Shown here: positions 58,208 to 64,000 of the stretch, in pieces
How the letters are laid out: each line of letters starts with the position of its first letter
Numbering within the stretch: the stretch's first letter is position 1
DNA from: Candidatus Limnocylindria bacterium
GTDB taxonomy: Bacteria > Chloroflexota > Limnocylindria > Limnocylindrales > CSP1-4
NCBI GenBank assembly: GCA_035637675.1
Contig: DASPWU010000072.1
Span: forward strand, 20,074 to 84,073
DNA length: 64,000 nucleotides
Direction: 5' to 3'
Position numbers and translations under genes: made by a program
The notes under the pieces: generated by a model
Seen by the model: only the letters and a program-made list of their open reading frames with translations
Told to the model about the DNA's origin: nothing
Databases searched by the model: none

Positions 58208-59590
58208 TCATCCCAGGCGCCGCCGCAGGCGCCGGCCCCGTTCGACGAGGTTCGCCTCGACGTGCGGCAAGGGCCGACCCAGGGTCCGGCTGCGCTCGGC
58301 CTGTCGCCAGCCGCTGCGGACGGCCTCGTAGGCCCCCATCAGATCGCCAAGGCGATGCTCTCGAAGCTTGGCCACCTCGATCCACGCGACGACGCCACGC
58401 GCCCCACCGGCAACGGCCACGGCTTCCCAGGCGCCCGCCGCCTCCTCGAACCGCCCGAGCCGCCGCAGGATCCTCGCCCGTTCGACACAGATCCGCTCCC
58501 GCGTCCAGGGGTCCTGGAGACGGCCGCCGTCATCGACCGCGGAACGCAGCCGATTCGTCGTCCGCGTCCTGCCGCCGAAATCGGGACGGTGGCGCGGCAG
58601 CCACCAGCCATCTCGGGTCGGGTCGTCCTCATCACCCCGCCGGCGACGCTCTCGTCCGAAGGGATCGGGCGCGGCGTCCCCCCGACGGAGTGCCGCGTCG
58701 ACGCACTCCAGCGCTTCATCCAGCCGCTTCTCGCGTGCGAAGGCCCGCGCAAGTCCGGCCAGGTCGCCCTCATGGGCATTCGCGCGATCGTGGCGCGCGC
58801 CGTACCGCTGCTCGACGTGGACCAGGAGGCGCGCCAGCGACACGACGTCCTCGTCGTTGTGACGGGCGACGTCCGCCAGGAGCGTTCCGGGCCCGCCTCG
58901 CAGGAACGACAGATAGCGGCCGGGGATCTCCCAGCCCTCGACGTCGGCGTGGCGAACGAGACCGAAGAGTTGCGATTCGACCGATCGGAGGCGCGCGTCG
59001 GTCATGCGGTGCCGGAAGACGCGTCGAACGAGCGGGAGGAGGTCGAGGTGGCCGGCGTGGACAGGCGGACCCTTGCCCGACATCCGGAATCGCGTCACGA
59101 GCAGCGGCCAGTCGAATGTCCGGCCGTTGTACGTCACGAGCCAGGCGCTCGGGTCGATTTCGGCCGCCAGGGCGGCGAGGAGCGCCGGCTCCTCGGACTG
59201 GTCCGGCAGGAGAAGCTGGACCACCCGAAACTGCGTCGTGTCCCAGCGGCCGAGTCCGACGATGAAGGCCATGGTCCCCGCGGCCGTCGCCAGCCCCGTC
59301 GTCTCGGTGTCGAGACAGACGAGCGGCACATCTGCCGGCGGTTGCCCGGGCAGCGACGCCAGGCGCGCTCGGTCGATGGCCATGGGAACGGCTCCGACGT
59401 CGCGCCGGACGATGGTCCCGAGAGCGCCCGTCACGACCTCGGCGTCGATCGCCGCGGCCAGGCGTGCCGCAAGCTCCGACGGCCGGGCTCTGGCCGACGA
59501 GGCATCGGCTCCCGCCCTGCCTCGTTCTTCCCGGAACGCCGCGAGGCGACGCTCGAGCCGCGTCGCCGCGGTCACCTGCGTGAGGGTCAT
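58208..59590 (-). CDS. YprB/MrfB-like RNase H-fold 3'-5' exonuclease with C-terminal TPR-like region
   Basis: DEDD-type motifs LVCLDTETTGL, YNGRTFDWPLL, HLDLL, HNDEDVVSLARLL. ATG overlaps the stop of the upstream helicase (ATGA). Confidence 0.65.
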   Translation of the reverse strand: MTLTQVTAATRLERRLAAFREERGRAGADASSARARPSELAARLAAAIDAEVVTGALGTIVRRDVGAVPMAIDRARLASLPGQPPADVPLVCLDTETTGLATAAGTMAFIVGLGRWDTTQFRVVQLLLPDQSEEPALLAALAAEIDPSAWLVTYNGRTFDWPLLVTRFRMSGKGPPVHAGHLDLLPLVRRVFRHRMTDARLRSVESQLFGLVRHADVEGWEIPGRYLSFLRGGPGTLLADVARHNDEDVVSLARLLVHVEQRYGARHDRANAHEGDLAGLARAFAREKRLDEALECVDAALRRGDAAPDPFGRERRRRGDEDDPTRDGWWLPRHRPDFGGRTRTTNRLRSAVDDGGRLQDPWTRERICVERARILRRLGRFEEAAGAWEAVAVAGGARGVVAWIEVAKLREHRLGDLMGAYEAVRSGWRQAERSRTLGRPLPHVEANLVERGRRLRRRLG

Positions 59591-61956
59591 CCGACGGTCG
59601 AGACGACGTCCGCATGCATCTCGACGCCGGACGTGGTGGACGGCCTCGCTTGTCTGGTCGGGGGCGGTGGCTGCAGGGCCGCAAGCAGGCGCCGGGCGAG
59701 GAGCTTGGCGTCCACGTCCGGCTCCAGCCGGGGTCCGGTGCAGGCCGGGCAGCCCGCTTCACAGCCGCAGGCAGCGATGAGGTCATCCGCGGCAGCGATC
59801 AGCTCGTCGTGCCGCTCCCAGAGTCGTTCCGAGAGGCCCACGCCGCCGGGGATCGCCTCGTACAGATAGATCGTGGGCGCCTCGTGGTGGGGGGACCGGA
59901 CCTGGCTCACCAGCCCGAGGTCGCGCGGGTCGACCATGAGCAGCACGCTGGCGACCGTCTGGATGGCCCGCCCGGCTCCGAGCAACGCCACGTCGAGCTC
60001 GTTGCGGCGCCAGCCGCTGGCCGCTCGCTCCGCGGTGAGCCAGTAGGCTGTGGTCTGGAGCTCCAGCTCGGGCAGGTCGATCGGTCCCCAGCCGACGTTC
60101 TCGTCCGTCACGAACTTGAGCTTCTTGAAGAGCGTCGCCAGGCTCGCGACCATCACCTCGCCGTGGATGCGCCGGCCGCCTGGAGCCGGCGCCTCGGCGA
60201 AGACGTCGAGGGGCTTGAGCGTCACGGCCCGGCTGGCGTACGTGTAATGGTCGACATCCACGCGGTGGACGTACGCCTTCTTCTCGCCCCAGTCGAGGCG
60301 GTCGACGTAGTACTGCAGGGACTCGTGGATGTAGATTGCTCGCTCGTGCACGAGGACCTGGGCCGAGAAGAGATCGACCTCACCGAGGACTCTGGGCCGG
60401 TCGGGGGTCGTGTCGATGATCACGACGTTCTCCGGCGCGGCGGCGCGCATCGAGATCTCCGAAGCCGGGAAGTTTTCGGAGCTCCAGTACCAGCGGCCGT
60501 CGCCGGCCTGCCGGACGTGGCCCTCCTCGGCCAGGAAGGCGAGGAGGTCATCGGCCGGCGCCGGTCCGAAGACGTCGCCGGGCTCGAACGGCATCTCGAA
60601 CGTCGCCGCCCGGAGATGGGCCAGCAGGACATGGACGTTGTCCGGGTCCAGGCGGGCCTCCTCCGGCCGCCCGCCGAGAAGGAATTCGGGGTGGTGGATC
60701 ACGTATTGATCGACGGGAGCCGGCGAGGCAACCAGGACTGCGACGCTCGTCCCCAGCCGTCGTCCGGCCCGCCCGATCTGCTGCCAGGTCGCCGCGATCG
60801 AGCCCGGGTAGCCGGCCAGGATGGCCGTGTCCAACCGTCCGATGTCCACTCCGAGCTCCAGGGCGTTCGTGGCGACGACGCCGAGAACCTCTCCGTCCCG
60901 CAGCCCATGCTCGATCGACCGGCGCTCGGTTGGCAGGTAGCCGCCCCGATAGCCGCGAACCCGGGTTCGCGGACCGAAGCTCTCGCGAAGCGCCTCCCGC
61001 AGGCCGGTCAGGAGAATCTCCACGGCGACCCGCGATCGCCCGAAGACGATCGTCTGTCGACCGGCTCGCAGGAACGGCAGTGCCCAGCGATTGGCAAGCG
61101 TGAGAGCCGAGCCGCGCGCCCCCGTCGCGGCGTCGAGGACTGGTGGGTCGACGAGGAGGATGTGGCGCTCCCCGGCCGGCGCGCCGTTCCGATCGATGAG
61201 GCCGATCGGCCGCCCGGTGAGCATGGCCGCCAGCTCGGCGGGATTGCCGATCGTGGCGGAGCAGCAGACGATCACCGGCCGGCTGCCGTAATGCGCGCAC
61301 AGTCGCAGGAGCCGTCGGATGACATTGGCCACGTGGCTGCCGAACACGCCACGGTAGGTGTGAAGCTCGTCGATGACGATGACCCGCAGCTGCTCGAAGA
61401 GCTGGAACCACTTCGTGTGGTGGGGCAGGATCGCCGAGTTGAGCATGTCCGGGTTCGTGACGACGACCTGGCCGGCCTTGCGGACCGCAGATCGGATCGG
61501 CGCCGGCGTGTCCCCGTCGTAGGACGCCGCGGAGACGTTCAGCCCCGCCGCCCGGGACAGCGCCGAGAGCTCGGCGACCTGGTCCTGGCCGAGGGCCTTC
61601 GTGGGGAACAGGAACAGCGCCCTGGCCGCCGGGTCATCGGCGATCGCCTGGAGCGTGGGCAGCGTGTAGCACAGTGACTTGCCCGACGCCGTGGGCGTGA
61701 CCACGACGACATCGTTGCCCGCTCGGACCGAATCGATCGCCTCCGCCTGGTGGCAGTACAGCCGATCGATTCCACGGGCGGAGAGGCCGGCCCGGATACG
61801 ATGGTCCAGCCAGGCCGGCACGTCCGCGTATGCGGCTTCGCGGGCGGGCACGATCTCGTGATGAACGACGCCTAGGGCGAGCGACGGCTCCTGGAGGATG
61901 CGCTCCAGGACGGTGGCGGCATCGAGGGGTGCATAGGTGCGCACGACGGCTCCCAT
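59587..61956 (-). CDS. YprA/MrfA-like DEXH helicase with C-terminal DUF1998 four-Cys domain
   Basis: Motif I TPTASGKS. Motif II VIDELH. HRSA-type motif VI. C-terminal ACGCEAGCPACTGP. Start assigned to the ATG at 61956, leaving a 117-bp divergent promoter region. Confidence 0.8.
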   Translation of the reverse strand: MGAVVRTYAPLDAATVLERILQEPSLALGVVHHEIVPAREAAYADVPAWLDHRIRAGLSARGIDRLYCHQAEAIDSVRAGNDVVVVTPTASGKSLCYTLPTLQAIADDPAARALFLFPTKALGQDQVAELSALSRAAGLNVSAASYDGDTPAPIRSAVRKAGQVVVTNPDMLNSAILPHHTKWFQLFEQLRVIVIDELHTYRGVFGSHVANVIRRLLRLCAHYGSRPVIVCCSATIGNPAELAAMLTGRPIGLIDRNGAPAGERHILLVDPPVLDAATGARGSALTLANRWALPFLRAGRQTIVFGRSRVAVEILLTGLREALRESFGPRTRVRGYRGGYLPTERRSIEHGLRDGEVLGVVATNALELGVDIGRLDTAILAGYPGSIAATWQQIGRAGRRLGTSVAVLVASPAPVDQYVIHHPEFLLGGRPEEARLDPDNVHVLLAHLRAATFEMPFEPGDVFGPAPADDLLAFLAEEGHVRQAGDGRWYWSSENFPASEISMRAAAPENVVIIDTTPDRPRVLGEVDLFSAQVLVHERAIYIHESLQYYVDRLDWGEKKAYVHRVDVDHYTYASRAVTLKPLDVFAEAPAPGGRRIHGEVMVASLATLFKKLKFVTDENVGWGPIDLPELELQTTAYWLTAERAASGWRRNELDVALLGAGRAIQTVASVLLMVDPRDLGLVSQVRSPHHEAPTIYLYEAIPGGVGLSERLWERHDELIAAADDLIAACGCEAGCPACTGPRLEPDVDAKLLARRLLAALQPPPPTRQARPSTTSGVEMHADVVSTVG

Positions 61957-62037
61957 ATCGAACGTCCGTTCTATCACGGGCAGTCTACAGCTACCGTCCA
62001 GCCCGCCTGTGACAGCTTGGGTGGCACGGGGTTCGCA

Positions 62038-62066
62038 TTGACACGTCAGCTGCACGCAGCTACCAT
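62038..62066 (+). promoter_or_regulatory. Near-consensus sigma70-type promoter (TTGACA-17-TACCAT) positioned for a leaderless mRNA
   Basis: TTGACA at 62038-62043, 17-nt spacer, TACCAT at 62061-62066, 7 nt to the ATG at 62074. Same architecture as the ArsR promoter at 36382. Confidence 0.45.
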
Positions 62067-62073
62067 CGCCTGA

Positions 62074-62592
62074 ATGCAGCGCGCGCCGGGGATCGAGCCG
62101 TCGCTCGGGCCGTCTGACGAGGCCATCGAGCTCGCAGACCCCACGCCGGGCGACAACGCCCCGCGCCGATCGCCGCCATCGCTCCAGGGCCTGGCCGTGG
62201 CGGGTTTCACTCGACGCCGAGTCGCCTGGCTCATCGGGGCTATGGTCGTGGCCTGGATCCTCGTGGTGTTCGCCCGCCAGATGGGCGATGCGGCCACGAA
62301 GTCTGCCGAGGCTGACCGGGCCCGCCTCGCGAACGCCGGCCTGGTGGCCGATGTCTCTTCACTGCAGCGCGAGCTGGAGCTCGTCCAGCGACAGGCCTAC
62401 ATCGAGCAGCAAGCCCATGGGCTGGGCCTCGGGCAGGCGCGCGACCGCGCCTTTGCCCTGGAGGCCGGTGCGCCGCCGCTGCCCCCCGACGCTCCTGGAT
62501 CGGCCGCCGTGCGCCTTGGTGCAGTGGCCGGGAGCCCCTCGCCGCTCGACTCCTGGCTGTCCCTGCTGTTCGGGCCCGCCCCATCGCAGTGA
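62074..62592 (+). CDS. FtsB/DivIC-like (septum formation initiator-like) bitopic protein
   Basis: Single TM (VAWLIGAMVVAWILVVF) followed by a coiled coil with LQRELELVQRQAYIEQQA. Weak family assignment. Confidence 0.45.
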   Translation: MQRAPGIEPSLGPSDEAIELADPTPGDNAPRRSPPSLQGLAVAGFTRRRVAWLIGAMVVAWILVVFARQMGDAATKSAEADRARLANAGLVADVSSLQRELELVQRQAYIEQQAHGLGLGQARDRAFALEAGAPPLPPDAPGSAAVRLGAVAGSPSPLDSWLSLLFGPAPSQ

Positions 62593-62753
62593 TCGCGTCC
62601 TTCCCGGTCGGTCCGACCCGGCCGAGAGAGAGCTGTAATGCCCGTGCGACGTCCGTGGCGCGAGCGAAAGCGCCAACGACGCATCATCTGCGCCTAATCG
62701 GTGGCGACGGTCCCTACGGCCCAGCCGCCTGAACGCGCCTGGAGGTGCAAGTC

Positions 62754-62981
62754 GTGACCTACGTCGAGCGCGAAGGCATCCAGCCCGGCTGGTCCGTCTG
62801 GGCGAGCGATGGCGAGGATCTCGGCGCGATCATCCGCGTCGAGCCAGAAGCGATCATCGTCAAGAAGGGCGGCTTGATCTCGCGAGAGCTGAGCGTGCCG
62901 CGCGGCGCTGTTGCCGAGGTCGAGACCGGGCGAGTCGAGCTCAACATGACCCGCAGCGAGATCGAATCGGCCGGCAAGTGA
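62754..62981 (+). CDS. DUF2171/PRC-barrel-like small protein
   Basis: GTG preceded by GGAGG with an 8-nt spacer. VWASDGEDLGAIIRVEPEAIIVKKGGLISRELSVPRGAV is typical of DUF2171. Confidence 0.5.
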   Translation: MTYVEREGIQPGWSVWASDGEDLGAIIRVEPEAIIVKKGGLISRELSVPRGAVAEVETGRVELNMTRSEIESAGK

Positions 62982-63179
62982 TTTCCGCCCCGCACGCAAC
63001 GCCGATCTGAGGACAACGCCGGCCTGCCCTGGCCCGGCGCAGAACATCTTCAGCGCACGCGGGGCCACCGGGGCTCGTATTCTGGACGCCGATCGTTGAC
63101 GCAAGGAATCGGCTCACCGCGCGTCAGGTGGGCAGCGGCGCTTCGACGTCGGGACGCAAGAGGGTGAGGGCGAGGGCCG

Positions 63180-63746
63180 GTGATCCAGATCCCCGTTGAG
63201 GATCTCGTCTTCGTCGTCTGCGCACTCCTGGGCGGCAGCCTCCTTCTCATCATGGTCGTCTTCGACGACATCCTGGGCGGCATTCTCGACGCGCTCCACG
63301 TCGGTTTCGACATCGGTGGAACATCCGTCACGCCGCTGCTCCTCGGGTTCATCTCGATGTTCGGCGTCGGCGGCCTGTTCGCGACGCAGGTCCTGTCGGT
63401 CCACGGAGGTCCGGCGGCCACGATCGGCGCCGTCTTCGGTGCCGCCGGCGCGTTTCTCGCCTGGGGCCTGTTCGGCCTCCTGCGGCGCTCCGAGAGCCCC
63501 GATCCGTTCTCGCTCGACGACCTCATCGGACGGCAGGCATCCGTCGCGGTTGCGATTCCGGCCGGCCGGCTGGGCAGCGTCTATGTCAAGGCGGAGGGGC
63601 AGACCCACGAGGTGAGCGCCACAGCGTCCGTCGACGTGGCCCCCGGGACAACTGTATCGATCACCGGAGTGTCCGGGCCGGGCCTCGTCGTGGCGCCGCT
63701 GGCGCCCAACGCCGGAGCAAGCACCGGAACGGACGCAGGATCGTGA
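63180..63746 (+). CDS. NfeD-like membrane protein (OB-fold C-terminus)
   Basis: Three TM helices, then a beta-rich SVYVKAEGQTHEVSATASVDVAPGTTVSITGVSG domain. Directly upstream of a flotillin gene. Confidence 0.65.
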   Translation: MIQIPVEDLVFVVCALLGGSLLLIMVVFDDILGGILDALHVGFDIGGTSVTPLLLGFISMFGVGGLFATQVLSVHGGPAATIGAVFGAAGAFLAWGLFGLLRRSESPDPFSLDDLIGRQASVAVAIPAGRLGSVYVKAEGQTHEVSATASVDVAPGTTVSITGVSGPGLVVAPLAPNAGASTGTDAGS

Positions 63747-63781
63747 GACGGTCCCGATCGGGGCCTTGAGGGAGGCGAGGG

Positions 63782-64000
63782 ATGCCGGATCTGTTCAACT
63801 TCGTCAACACGGGGACGCTCACCGTCTTCCTGCTGATCGTCATCGCGGTGCTCCTCGTCGCCTACATCACGAGCCGGTTCAAGGTGGCCGGGGCGAACGA
63901 GGCCCTCATCCGCAGCGGGCGCATCGGGGGCGGTTCGGCCGAGCTGCGGGTGGTGCGGGGCGGGGCGATCATCGTGCTGCCGCTGTTCCACAAGCTGGGC
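63782..64000 (+). CDS. Flotillin/SPFH (band 7) protein, 5' fragment truncated by window end
   Basis: N-terminal TM then EALIRSGRIGG...RVVRGGAIIVLPLFHKLG, characteristic of YuaG/FloT-type flotillins. Confidence 0.65.
   Translation, partial: MPDLFNFVNTGTLTVFLLIVIAVLLVAYITSRFKVAGANEALIRSGRIGGGSAELRVVRGGAIIVLPLFHKLG

Noticed and set aside
58262-61677. Plus-strand ORFs 58262-59869 and 59614-61677 opposite the MrfB/MrfA-like genes
   Set aside because: Arg-rich low-complexity sequence without domains. The minus strand carries DEDD exonuclease and DEXH helicase motifs.

Overview
High-GC (about 70%) bacterial chromosomal window, densely coding on both strands with many 4-nt start/stop overlaps (ATGA/GTGA). 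Gene content is core-genome-like rather than an accessory island. I recognise about 60 genes.

Main content, in order:
- A galactoside-utilisation locus: a GH2 hydrolase, then a T-box-regulated valS followed tightly by ROK kinase-galK-galT, and a convergent lacI plus sugar ABC transporter.
- A cluster of small zinc-ribbon proteins (hypothetical, FmdB, HTH, YihY).
- A truncated version of the actinobacterial cell-wall/FHA cluster (fhaA-fhaB-rodA-pbpA) with no pstP, pknA or pknB in the window.
- A GH63 glucosidase gene split by a frameshift.
- A MoxR-DUF58-transglutaminase triad coupled to pgi.
- A serC-like aminotransferase, serA and a histidine-phosphatase (PGM-family) gene in an overlapping minus-strand operon.
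- An ArsR-SRPBCC pair, rarA, a tandem-repeat Pro/Thr-rich exported protein and a GGDEF(degenerate)/HD-GYP protein.
- A single-chain AdnB-like helicase-nuclease with an Fe-S nuclease domain.
- An M20 amidohydrolase / agmatinase-family / methyltransferase module.
- An orphan receiver-ParA/MinD (CpaE/TadZ-like) fusion upstream of murI and a DUF2342 zincin.
- A YchF-like GTPase, a PfkB kinase, an MrfA/MrfB-like (YprA/YprB) helicase-exonuclease pair, and an FtsB-like gene, a DUF2171 gene and an NfeD-flotillin pair at the 3' end.

No CRISPR array, rRNA, tRNA, transposase or integrase could be recognised. Regulatory calls include a T-box leader with a strong intrinsic terminator upstream of valS and two near-consensus sigma70-type promoters placed for leaderless mRNAs. 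I did not find a clear-cut novel defence or mobile system. The best candidates for something undescribed are the kinase-less FHA cluster with a divergent Zn-ribbon/Pro-rich protein, the orphan REC-ParA fusion, and the zinc-ribbon cluster.

All calls rest on reading the translated ORFs for family motifs. No database search was run.
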